Source: a virus
Length of the DNA stretch: 64,000 bases
IMG/VR virus record: IMGVR_UViG_3300036772_000294
Span: 1-64,000 of that record
Strand: one strand, 5' to 3'
Part shown: positions 48,745 to 57,939 of the stretch, in pieces
Position numbering within the stretch: the stretch's first letter is position 1
Layout: each line of letters starts with the position of its first letter
The notes under the pieces: model-generated
Told to the model about the DNA's origin: nothing
Seen by the model: only the letters and a program-made list of their open reading frames with translations
Database searches by the model: none
Position numbers and translations under genes: made by a program

Positions 48745-49133
48745 CTGGTGAACCCCTGTTTGTATTTGAGGAAAAACTTGTAGCGTGTCTTGTCTTTATC
48801 CATGTGGCGGATCGTATTTCGGGCCAGCATGATAATGTCGTGATGGTTTTCGTTGCGGGCGCCCAGCTCGTCAAGCAGCGAGGCCACCAGCAAAAGTAGC
48901 TCTTCTCTCCCCCCGAAATAGTTATAAAAACGCTGCCGGGAGTAGCCGTAGGCAATGAGGCATGAAGGGCCAAAATCCAGCGCAGGGTTGTGCTCAAAAA
49001 ACAGTAGCGCCGCAGTAATCATCCCCGAGTAGGCCGTCATTGCTTTTACATGCTCTGATACGCCCATATTTGCCAGGAACCTGCGAACTTCCACGTCTGA
49101 AATCGCTGTCTGTGCGCTCATATCTGGCTCCAT
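48741..49133 (-). CDS. Hypothetical protein with TetR-like HTH
   Basis: GYSRQRFYNYFGGREELL. Confidence 0.55.
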   Translation of the reverse strand: MEPDMSAQTAISDVEVRRFLANMGVSEHVKAMTAYSGMITAALLFFEHNPALDFGPSCLIAYGYSRQRFYNYFGGREELLLLVASLLDELGARNENHHDIIMLARNTIRHMDKDKTRYKFFLKYKQGFTS

Positions 49134-49696
49134 AATTTATCCGTTTCGTACTCTGGCATTGCTTCATCAGCATCGAGCTCCCAGTACGTCTCCAGTAGCC
49201 GGATGGCTTCCTTATGCCCATAAGCGACCACGCAGTAATAACCTTGCTCCGTAAGTCGGTTGAGGATGGCTTTTTGATTGTCGGAAGGACGGTTTTTGCC
49301 GTATTTCAGTTCAAGGCGCATGCCGAAATACACACCGCGTGGTGCATCGAGAATCGTGTCGGGATATCCTGACTTTTGTCCCTCAGCTTTCATCTTCCCG
49401 GCTGTGGCCTTGCTGCGTTTGCCTCCATTCGGCACAGCGGTTAACAGGTCATATAGCTCAATGTTAAACAGTTCAAAGTTACGGAAGATTCGCGCCTGCT
49501 CGTAGTGCTCGGGCTGCTTTTTGAAGTGCTCTGGGTGTCTTTCCAGATAATTCAGCGCCGCCTGGTGCGGAGAGCTCGTTTTGCTCGCGGCCAGTAGGGC
49601 ATTCGCAGCAGTTATCCGGCGGGTTTTTGGTAGCGCCGCTGCACTACGTTGCTGAAAGTCCTTAAGCCATTCATCGGTAAATCGTGCTGATTTCAC
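49118..49696 (-). CDS. lxr: VRR-NUC nuclease, P1 Lxr-like
   Basis: VPNGGKRSKATAGKMKAEGQKSGYPD...LELK. Confidence 0.85.
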   Translation of the reverse strand: MKSARFTDEWLKDFQQRSAAALPKTRRITAANALLAASKTSSPHQAALNYLERHPEHFKKQPEHYEQARIFRNFELFNIELYDLLTAVPNGGKRSKATAGKMKAEGQKSGYPDTILDAPRGVYFGMRLELKYGKNRPSDNQKAILNRLTEQGYYCVVAYGHKEAIRLLETYWELDADEAMPEYETDKLWSQI

Positions 49697-49718
49697 ATTA
49701 ACCTCCGTGAAATTACCC

Positions 49719-49728
49719 TTATCCTAAA
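49719..49728. promoter_or_regulatory. Operator-like motif TTATCCTAAA
   Basis: Exact copy upstream of lxr. Confidence 0.65.
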
Positions 49729-49837
49729 ACATGATTTTTTATTGGTTATTAAAGAGCATTACGCACTTCAGGAATGCGTCAGCACCTGCCTTTTGCAGGC
49801 ACTCAAAAACGCCACCTGCATAGGTGGCGCTACGAAC

Positions 49838-50020
49838 TTATTGAAGGTTTATCGAATGCTCATAAATAATGAACAGCAGCCATACCGCGGCCAGAATGGC
49901 CGGGGCAGCAAGGACCATCTGAGCCAACGAGCGCAGCATTGTAGTTTTTTTACCGCGAGGAATAGCCTGTACTGTAGGGGTATGTCTGGAGGGGATATCT
50001 CGACCGACGTATTGGGTCAT
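49838..50020 (-). CDS. Small membrane protein
   Basis: AAGGA RBS, single TM helix. Confidence 0.45.
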   Translation of the reverse strand: MTQYVGRDIPSRHTPTVQAIPRGKKTTMLRSLAQMVLAAPAILAAVWLLFIIYEHSINLQ

Positions 50021-50134
50021 GGTATTATCCTTTTCGATTTGGCATTGGTTGTGTCCGCAAAAACTAGACCTTTGCCGGGTTAAGAAGAGCCAGCGTAATG
50101 CTGGCTTTTTTTTATCTCTTTGTGAGAGACAGTC

Positions 50135-50165
50135 TTATCCTAAACTCTGATTTTATATTGATCAA
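50135..50165 (-). promoter_or_regulatory. sigma70 promoter with overlapping operator-like motif
   Basis: TTGATC-N17-TAGGAT; motif at 50135-50144. Confidence 0.65.
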
Positions 50166-50206
50166 GGAAAATCAGACAAACTGTCTGTATTTGTATAGGC
50201 GGGAGA

Positions 50207-50461
50207 TTATTGAGAAGACGCGTTGAGGTTATGGGCGGCGCTTTTGATCACTTCACGCCACTCATCAAGTGAAATATCGCGGATTCGGGTTATTTGAGTT
50301 CCCCGAGCCGTGGCATCGAGCCAGACCTCTTTGCTCTCATCATCCTTTAGCACCAAAGCAAAAAGATAGTGACCGCCGAACCGCTGCCTTAAAACCACAC
50401 TGCACCCCCACGTCGCCGCGATGAGCTGTAGATCTTTGAATTTTGCTGATCGGATAGCCAT
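50207..50461 (-). CDS. Lxc-like C1 corepressor (positional call)
   Basis: 84 aa after darB-ulx; C-terminal LDEWREVI resembles Lxc. Confidence 0.5.
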   Translation of the reverse strand: MAIRSAKFKDLQLIAATWGCSVVLRQRFGGHYLFALVLKDDESKEVWLDATARGTQITRIRDISLDEWREVIKSAAHNLNASSQ

Positions 50462-50521
50462 TTCTTACCCCAGGTAAAACAGCCTCCAGCGAGGCTGCAT
50501 GTATTCGATTATTTGCCTATT

Positions 50522-50941
50522 TTACATCGCTTTGCATTCCAGGGCTAAGTCTTCGAGATAATATGAATACGTCTCGCCGTCCTCCGTTGGAAGCTCATGG
50601 CCAGCATTGTAAATTAGCCCGTCCTCTACCCGGTTCTGATAGTACAACCAGGCAGCTATGATCGTGTAAGCCTCACGTTCATAGCTATAAATCTGAGCCA
50701 CGGTATGCTCGTACTCCTCACCGGCTAACGCACCGTGCCCGCGCTCCACCAGCATACGTTTAATTTCATGCCACCACGGGCCATATGCCCTGTAGGCTTT
50801 AGGTTTCTTGTTCAGAATGGCAACCAGCCCATTCAGATAGCCCGCGATAAATTCCTCTTCGTTGCGGCCTGCCAGCGCCTCAGTCATAAGGGGTTCTAAA
50901 TGCTCACTGGCTGGGACCAGCGTGTTCATCAATGTATTCAT
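50522..50941 (-). CDS. ulx: Ulx-like protein
   Basis: YRAYGPWW motif; immediately after darB. Confidence 0.7.
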   Translation of the reverse strand: MNTLMNTLVPASEHLEPLMTEALAGRNEEEFIAGYLNGLVAILNKKPKAYRAYGPWWHEIKRMLVERGHGALAGEEYEHTVAQIYSYEREAYTIIAAWLYYQNRVEDGLIYNAGHELPTEDGETYSYYLEDLALECKAM

Positions 50942-50972
50942 GGTTTAACAGCCCGCGCTTGCGGGCCTCTCC

Positions 50973-53900
50973 TTATGCGTGAGACTTGATAACAGACAAA
51001 ACGTCTTCAATGTTGTTACTGGAGGATACCAGCCACCAGGAGCCTTCAAACTCTTCACCGGCGTTTCTGCCGTTATAGTATTTGGCGTTGAAGCGGTCCT
51101 TAAGTTCGTCCTTGGCTTTAAACAGGCTGCCGGATTTACCGCGAGAATCCTGAATGCCGTAACACCCCCCTTCGGAGAAATTAATACCCCACTTCGCACG
51201 TATTCTGGTTGTGTTCTTTTTGACAGACAGGCCGAGATCGTCAATCGACACGTCGACTTCTTCCGCCGCCGTCTGGGCCGCCTCTACTTTCGCCTTGGCC
51301 GCCTCGAGCTCTTCGGGAGAAATTAACCCAATTTTCAGGCGAATGTCATTCAGGAAGTCTTCCGCACCACCAGCATTGATAGCCTTAAGCTTCTCCACGA
51401 CTTCACGCATAGCGACGTCATAGGCATTTTTTGTGGCGAGCATTTTTGCCGTTACAGCGCTTTTTGCAAACAGGCCGGCAAACACCATATCGGCAAAATA
51501 GCGGCTTCCGTTCAGCATGCTGGCAAGCGGCTCGCCGTACTTAGCGGCGGTCCGTTGATAGCCTGACACTACGGCGTATCCGCTTGATTCAGTCCGTTGC
51601 ATCGCCCGTTGCAGACGCTCGACGATCCCGGGATCAATCACGGTCAGGTTGCTCTCAAACTCTTCCATCCAGCGTAAGCCATACTGGTTAACCGCGTTGC
51701 GGCAATCATCGATAGCCTGCGCTGAAAGTTGGTTGACCATTGATTCTATAGCTGCGTTGAAATCCCCTTTATTTGCGAATCGTCCGGGTATGCGTTTGCG
51801 CGCTTGGTAACCAAAGTCAGCACCTCTTTGCTCCGGCAGCCGGTCATTTGCAATGAGGTAGATAACGTCCCGTTCATTCGCGCCTGAAATGAGCTTTGCA
51901 AGCGAGTCATCTGCGCGCATCATCGCCAGGGTGTCACTGATGAACAGTGCAATCTCTGATTCTGACGCTTGCTCACCGTAACTCTCCATAACGACTTTCC
52001 AGTTTTCTCCCATCACGGCCTGAATAAAGGTTTCACCGGCAAATTTCAGCTTATTGGTTAACGTTGGCTCCGCCTCACGTAGCCAGTTCGCCAGGCGGGT
52101 TTTAAGAACATCATCGGTCGGGTCCGGGTAAATAATCTTCATCGAATTGGATTTGAACCAGCCAGCGTCTATGTTCTGCGTGCGTGAGCTGTAAGAGGAT
52201 GTGGTGCCTGCCCGGACATTGATTTCATCGCCGTCATAAAATGGTATGGCCTTGTCATTGAGGGTAAGGGACCCATCAGCGAGGTATTTCTGAAACTGTG
52301 ATTTTGACAGCCGCTCAGAAATGGCTTTGGCCCAGACGCCGCTCATCATCCACTGGCGTAGCGATACTTCGCTTTCGCTCACGGTGACGCGCTTACGCAG
52401 ATTGTCGACGTGAGTCTTAACTTTCCGGTTTGCTCCAGCGCGATCCGTGCCTGGCGCGTAAATTTGAGAAAGCTCGGCAATACCTGAGTCAAAGTCTATG
52501 CTCTCAATGCGGCATAGCGCGGCATCTGATTGTATACCTCTGGCCACGTCATAAGCGAAGGTTTCACCAGTGCTGAATTGCCCATTTTTTGAAATATAAA
52601 ACTCGCTGGCCCGGTCCAGGATTCGTGCAGGAACTTCTATCAATCCGGCCTCGATTGCTTTGCTAATGGTCGGGCGGAGGCGTTTAATTTCACTCTCTGA
52701 TTTCTTCTGACGCTCGACCTTGCGCTCCATTTTTCTTAGCACTGCCTGTGCTTTATTGATGGACTTACTTGCTTTCTCAAGGCTTTCTTTGGCATTACGC
52801 ATGCGAAATGCTGCATTTTCGGCGTCGACACGGTAACGGTAGCCAACTGGCGATTCTGAACGAACCTCTATCATTGCCGCATCGTAATCAGCCTGGCCCT
52901 GTGCCATTTCGTTCTGCACTTCTTCAATGCGGGCCTGATCGCGCTCAAAAACCTGCTTTTGCTTCTCAATATCTGCCAGCAGCGTATCCATATCGCCTTT
53001 CGCCGCGTGGCTGGCTTTGATGTAATTCTGCAGATCGATACCGGCGCGTTTCTGGGCTGCTGCCATGGCTTTAGTTTTAGCTTCCTCCATCATTTCCGCG
53101 TTTCTGCAGGCGCGCTCTTCGGGATTGGCTGCCAACAGCAAACTCATATCAGCCGCATCACTGGCGTCGGCGTTTGCCATGCGCGCCTCGTCGGACGTAA
53201 ACAGCGTGGTAATCCATTCTTTCTTGCGCTTAAGAGTAGACAGGCGGAACTCATCAAATGAGCCCTTACCAGCATAGTAATGCACCCTGACTTTGGACTG
53301 CTTCGATCCCGTGCGTGCGCCGCGACCATTTCGCTGATCGATACTGGCCGGCGTCCAGGGTAACGTCAGATGGTGGATATCCGTTGTGCCGTGGTGAAGG
53401 TTGATCCCAACTTCCGCCTTCTTGTTGCAGATCAGAATGCGTTTGCGGCCCTCGTTGTAATCAGCTGCTATGGACTCAATACCTGTCAGGCTGAGCTCGC
53501 CACTCTGGGCAATGTAATCCTCATACGCCAGCTTCTGCGTGTAATAGGCTTCCATTTCTGCCTCGGTCGCATCCTCTTTCGGCTCCCTTGGGGGTTTGAC
53601 GGCCTTTAGCTTCTTCTTGCCCTTTCCTGCAGCAGCGACCGAGGCCGCGTTAATAATGCCGATCTCACTGGCATCAATGCCGAGTTCTGCGCACAGGATA
53701 CGTGCCAGCTTTTCATGTTGTGACTTTTCATCGGTGAAGATGATCTGCTTCCCGCCTTCCTCGTATCCTCGCTTCACTTTCTCAATCAGTGCGGAATATT
53801 TCGGCATTATCGGGTGCGATACGGCGGAAGCATCGATTTTAAACGCCGACAGGCGCTTCATCACTTCGCCTTCATAATCCTCCGGGACCACCAGCTCAAT

Positions 53901-56900
53901 AACTTCGCCACGGAGTGCAATACTAACCTGCGCCTCTACGTCGTAGGTTTCGTCGCTATCTTCACTTACCGCTTTGGTTTTGGCCGGTAGGGCTTCAGCA
54001 AGGCCACGAATTGCCGTTTCATACTGCGCTGGCAACCTGAAGGTCATCTGCCGACGGTAGAGGTCCAGATCGGTACACACACGATCCATGTCACGAATGA
54101 TGGCGAAAATACTGTCTTTTTCGATAAGGTGGCCATGCGCATCGCGTGATTCCTCCGCGTCGGCTTTCGGTCCGTTCTGGTTCGACAATGCCTCAGCACG
54201 CTGGCGTAATTCCTCGTAGATCGCTGCCTGCGCACCGGTCATCGGTGCCTCTACGGTGTGTTCTTCTAAATCCGGGATTTTTACTGAATCTGAAACATCC
54301 TTAACGGACTTGAGATCTACCCATCGATGGAAGATCCCGCGCAGGCCAGAAAGGTTCTGGAAGCCTACCAGCCCTTCCTTCTCTTCAACCTCCCCGGACA
54401 GTTTCTGCACCAGCACGGTATCCGTCGCGCCGAAGACTTTTACGAAGTCGTCTGGTGTCTGAATACCCAGCTTGCCCCACTCTTCCATAGTCATGACGTG
54501 GGAAAGCATGTTGAAGGCATCGATCGGGGAGTTTACGGCTGGGGTAGCCGTGCCCAGCAGCACACCACGTCCGTTATTTTTGCTCAACATGTAAGCATTT
54601 TTGACGGCCATATCTCGCGCCGACTGCGCAACAGAAGGCGACGGCAAATAGGCGAGCTGCCCGGCTTCCCGGCCCGCGGCATAGCTGTTTCGGTAGTTAT
54701 GCCCCTCATCGACTATTACGTTGTCAAATGCCATATCCTCAAAGTACGGATAGTCATGTTCTTTCGCCGTGCCGGTGTCTGAGGCTTTCGCCAGAATTCG
54801 GCTTTTTGCATTGGCATCACGGTGTTTGGTGCCGTCCAGATTGACACGCCCCGCCTCCGCTGCGTTGTAGAGCACATCGTAGGCATGATCCCGGATAGTC
54901 TCTTCTTTCATCGGAATCTTCGCGTACTGCTCTTTAGTCATGACCACCATGCGGTAGTTGGACTGCGGGATCAGGTGCATGCGCTGCTTAACGGTGTCTC
55001 CGTCCACAAGCTTCACATTAAGACGATATTCTTCTTCTCCGGTGTGCTGGTTAACTCGCGGCTTTCCTTCATCGTCCAGGACCGGTACGCGTTGAGGCTG
55101 CCCGTTCTCATCGGAGATGACATCCAGGCCAACAAAGAACATCGTTGAGAGCGCTTCGGCACTGTAGAAGTTATGCGCTTCGTGGAACCAGTTCTCATAA
55201 ACAGCTTTGGGCACAACCGTAGCGGTACGCTTGGCACGGCCATTCTCAAAGTTAAAAGCTTCCGTCGCCATCATGGTGACGGTTTTGCCGGTGCCGGTGC
55301 CATGGCCTAAAATCCCGCGTCCGTCTTCTGAGGCGCGCCGAGCGGCAGAGTTCTGGTGCGCAGCCGGTATCACTCGCCCTGAAATGCCTTTTAAGCCCAG
55401 CGGAGCGTCTGAATACTCAAAGGGGATGTGGCCATTGAAGGTGTCGTTATATTCCTGGACCAGGTTATCAATTTCGTCGTGCTGGCGTATCCAGTCGTTA
55501 AATCCGGCTTCCAGGACTTTAATACGCGCCATGTAATCCGCTGCGTATACGCCGCGTGGCTTGTTGCCGTTGAGGTAGTTTTCCAACTGCTCGAGGAAAG
55601 CGTCCTTTTGCTTAACTCGCTTATAACTGGACTTCATGATCCCGTTTGTTTTATCGCGGGAAACCACCGTGCCATAGCGGTAGCCGCTAAATACCCCCTG
55701 CCGTCCGTGATAGTCGCGATCGGCATTCATAATACCGTTGTCATCCACGGTCACATCGCCGGTATAGCTAAGCTTGTCGTACCCCTGCTCGGTCAGGTAT
55801 TCAAGTACAAGGGAACGATCAAACCAGCGCGCGTTTAGGTTGAAATCCAGATCGTCGACTTCGGTCCACTTCCGGCGGCGGCGAACTTCCACCAGCTGGC
55901 GCAGATAGTTTTGTCGAATGGCCTCGTTATCGATAACCGCCAGCGCACCATTAAGCGAGCTGGTAAGGGCGCTAATATCGCCGCTGGTGGCGCGGTCCAT
56001 TGGCATCAGGTCGCCAGAAGCGGTGATGGCAATACCTTCAACATGGGCCAGGGCAGACAGCGCCTCGTTGTCATCCTCCGGCAGCTCGCCGGTGAAGTGC
56101 TGGCGAAAGGCCTCCAGCGTGATCGGGTCCAGGTCAATCTGGCTAAACAGATGGCTCACGACCTGCACATGATCCGCGGTGTTGTGCGTAATGGTGCCGC
56201 CAATGTCCAATTGACCTTTTAGCAGCGCTGAAAGGTTGCCGTCTAAATCAGTTGAGGCGGCAAATTTCAGCCAGTTTTTAGCGTGGTTGCCGCGTATGCC
56301 GCTCACTTTTCCCGTTGCAGCACCGAACCGGCTAACTTCCCGCGCGACCAGGCGGGCCACGTCTGCGCGCAGCGGCTCGATGTAGTCAGGCCTGAGCTTG
56401 TTACTTTGGGCATCCTGCAACGTGGCAATTTGCACGCCGATCAGCGACCCTCTAAAAATACGCTCCCGAAGCTCTACAGGCTGCGATTGTGCCAGTGCCA
56501 TTGCCTGGCTCAAGTTGGCGTCAAACAGCGCAGGGAACGTCTGCCAGGCGGCAAGGATATGATCGAATGGCTTACCCAGCGTTGCACTGCAATCTTTCAG
56601 CTGGCCGGCAAGCTCGTCGTAAGATGCCGCCCCATACTTTGCTTCAGTAATGTCTGATACGCCGCGCGCGTCGTTGATTACCCAGCGTTCATTCTCAAAA
56701 CGATACCAGACGTCATTGATCAAGCGATCGTCGCCTTCGGCGTACCGTTCCACCATCGGCTCCACCAGCTCGAACTCATCCCACAAAATGCGGCTATCAA
56801 AGCGCTGAGCAAGCTTTGCCTTTATCCCTGCAGGTTTAATCTGGTCATTCTGGACACTCATGCGATAGCCCTGGACTACCGTGCCATGCAGGAAGCGCTT

Positions 56901-57860
56901 GCCGTCGAGATCGAACCACTTGCCTTTAATGAAGGTGTCCCACAACACGTTGGTATGCTTCAGGAATGGCGCTTTTTCGGTCAGGATGCGATCGGCCAGT
57001 TCTTCGGGGTGTTTACGCAATACCCAGACGTCTACCGCCGTGGAGGTGCCGTTATTCTCAAATGTCCCGGAGGGTAGCCGGTGCGCCCCCAAAAATTCGG
57101 CCTTACGAGAAACCTGCTCACGTAATTTTTTGTGCGTTGCGCCGGTCGTCATGCCAAAGGGTACGACGATGCAGATCATGCCGCCGGCTTTGACCTTATC
57201 GATAAGGCGCAGGATGAAATAACGGCCAATGTTGCTTTCTTTGGCATACGCGGGATCGAGGTTGGCAAACTCGCCTCGGGAATTACCAAAAGGCACATTG
57301 CCCACACAGCTGTCATAAGTGCCGTCGGGCGTGCTGGCGGCCAGCCTTTCAAATGGAGAGGTGATTACGGTGTCTTCGGGATGGAGCAGCTGGTTGATAC
57401 GGCTGGAGACGTCGCTTATCTCCGTGGCGGTCATAATAACCCCGGTTGGCTTGGTTTCGTGAAATACGCCGGTGCCGGAGGCGGGTTCTAAGGTGTTGCC
57501 GGTATCTGCGCCGTACCCAGCCAGGAGATCCCAAATTCCTTCCGCAACATATTGGGGAGTGTAATATTCATGCTCATTTGCACCGATCCCCCCCTCCCCT
57601 GTATACGCTGCCAGCACCTGCCTTTCTTCGTCGGTCAGGGTATCGCCTGGCGAGAATTTTCTAAGGAGCGCAACGGCTGCGGCGTTAGCTTCCTTTCGTT
57701 CTCTTTCGAGTGATCGTCCTTCAATTTTCTCAACACCGAACTGTGCACTCTTGCGCCGTTGGGTAAACAGGTGCAGCACACTCAGTAGAGCGCCGACACT
57801 CGTAGCACGGTTAATTGCTTCCACCGCGCGCCGCTTGTTGGGCTCAAAATCATCACTCAT
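50973..57860 (-). CDS. darB: Defence-against-restriction protein DarB (MTase + SF2 helicase)
   Basis: EYYTP, EPASGTG, GNVPF; GTGTGKT, VDEGH, TATP, QRNGRGAR; 2295 aa; divergent from the portal gene. Confidence 0.92.
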   Translation of the reverse strand: MSDDFEPNKRRAVEAINRATSVGALLSVLHLFTQRRKSAQFGVEKIEGRSLERERKEANAAAVALLRKFSPGDTLTDEERQVLAAYTGEGGIGANEHEYYTPQYVAEGIWDLLAGYGADTGNTLEPASGTGVFHETKPTGVIMTATEISDVSSRINQLLHPEDTVITSPFERLAASTPDGTYDSCVGNVPFGNSRGEFANLDPAYAKESNIGRYFILRLIDKVKAGGMICIVVPFGMTTGATHKKLREQVSRKAEFLGAHRLPSGTFENNGTSTAVDVWVLRKHPEELADRILTEKAPFLKHTNVLWDTFIKGKWFDLDGKRFLHGTVVQGYRMSVQNDQIKPAGIKAKLAQRFDSRILWDEFELVEPMVERYAEGDDRLINDVWYRFENERWVINDARGVSDITEAKYGAASYDELAGQLKDCSATLGKPFDHILAAWQTFPALFDANLSQAMALAQSQPVELRERIFRGSLIGVQIATLQDAQSNKLRPDYIEPLRADVARLVAREVSRFGAATGKVSGIRGNHAKNWLKFAASTDLDGNLSALLKGQLDIGGTITHNTADHVQVVSHLFSQIDLDPITLEAFRQHFTGELPEDDNEALSALAHVEGIAITASGDLMPMDRATSGDISALTSSLNGALAVIDNEAIRQNYLRQLVEVRRRRKWTEVDDLDFNLNARWFDRSLVLEYLTEQGYDKLSYTGDVTVDDNGIMNADRDYHGRQGVFSGYRYGTVVSRDKTNGIMKSSYKRVKQKDAFLEQLENYLNGNKPRGVYAADYMARIKVLEAGFNDWIRQHDEIDNLVQEYNDTFNGHIPFEYSDAPLGLKGISGRVIPAAHQNSAARRASEDGRGILGHGTGTGKTVTMMATEAFNFENGRAKRTATVVPKAVYENWFHEAHNFYSAEALSTMFFVGLDVISDENGQPQRVPVLDDEGKPRVNQHTGEEEYRLNVKLVDGDTVKQRMHLIPQSNYRMVVMTKEQYAKIPMKEETIRDHAYDVLYNAAEAGRVNLDGTKHRDANAKSRILAKASDTGTAKEHDYPYFEDMAFDNVIVDEGHNYRNSYAAGREAGQLAYLPSPSVAQSARDMAVKNAYMLSKNNGRGVLLGTATPAVNSPIDAFNMLSHVMTMEEWGKLGIQTPDDFVKVFGATDTVLVQKLSGEVEEKEGLVGFQNLSGLRGIFHRWVDLKSVKDVSDSVKIPDLEEHTVEAPMTGAQAAIYEELRQRAEALSNQNGPKADAEESRDAHGHLIEKDSIFAIIRDMDRVCTDLDLYRRQMTFRLPAQYETAIRGLAEALPAKTKAVSEDSDETYDVEAQVSIALRGEVIELVVPEDYEGEVMKRLSAFKIDASAVSHPIMPKYSALIEKVKRGYEEGGKQIIFTDEKSQHEKLARILCAELGIDASEIGIINAASVAAAGKGKKKLKAVKPPREPKEDATEAEMEAYYTQKLAYEDYIAQSGELSLTGIESIAADYNEGRKRILICNKKAEVGINLHHGTTDIHHLTLPWTPASIDQRNGRGARTGSKQSKVRVHYYAGKGSFDEFRLSTLKRKKEWITTLFTSDEARMANADASDAADMSLLLAANPEERACRNAEMMEEAKTKAMAAAQKRAGIDLQNYIKASHAAKGDMDTLLADIEKQKQVFERDQARIEEVQNEMAQGQADYDAAMIEVRSESPVGYRYRVDAENAAFRMRNAKESLEKASKSINKAQAVLRKMERKVERQKKSESEIKRLRPTISKAIEAGLIEVPARILDRASEFYISKNGQFSTGETFAYDVARGIQSDAALCRIESIDFDSGIAELSQIYAPGTDRAGANRKVKTHVDNLRKRVTVSESEVSLRQWMMSGVWAKAISERLSKSQFQKYLADGSLTLNDKAIPFYDGDEINVRAGTTSSYSSRTQNIDAGWFKSNSMKIIYPDPTDDVLKTRLANWLREAEPTLTNKLKFAGETFIQAVMGENWKVVMESYGEQASESEIALFISDTLAMMRADDSLAKLISGANERDVIYLIANDRLPEQRGADFGYQARKRIPGRFANKGDFNAAIESMVNQLSAQAIDDCRNAVNQYGLRWMEEFESNLTVIDPGIVERLQRAMQRTESSGYAVVSGYQRTAAKYGEPLASMLNGSRYFADMVFAGLFAKSAVTAKMLATKNAYDVAMREVVEKLKAINAGGAEDFLNDIRLKIGLISPEELEAAKAKVEAAQTAAEEVDVSIDDLGLSVKKNTTRIRAKWGINFSEGGCYGIQDSRGKSGSLFKAKDELKDRFNAKYYNGRNAGEEFEGSWWLVSSSNNIEDVLSVIKSHA

Positions 57861-57899
57861 TTACTACTCTCCTGTCTCTCTATTGTACACTTCGCGCAG

Positions 57900-57909
57900 T
57901 TATCCTAAA
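57900..57909. promoter_or_regulatory. Operator-like motif TTATCCTAAA
   Basis: Exact copy between the divergent darB and prt genes. Confidence 0.65.
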
Positions 57910-57939
57910 AAGTGGGTTTATTCTAGAGGATTGTTAAGG

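Noticed and set aside
48425-48997. 190-aa ORF in the track
   Set aside because: Overlaps two better-supported genes; only its last 57 aa has an RBS.
57870-57900. CTGCGCGA as an Lpa late-promoter box
   Set aside because: The geometry fits at darB (motif-N4-TACAAT), but the R and pro copies have no -10 and sit in RNA hairpin loops. Kept only as an alternative explanation.
57751-57939. N-terminal extension of the portal protein
   Set aside because: Overlaps darB; the ATG at 57940 has an RBS.
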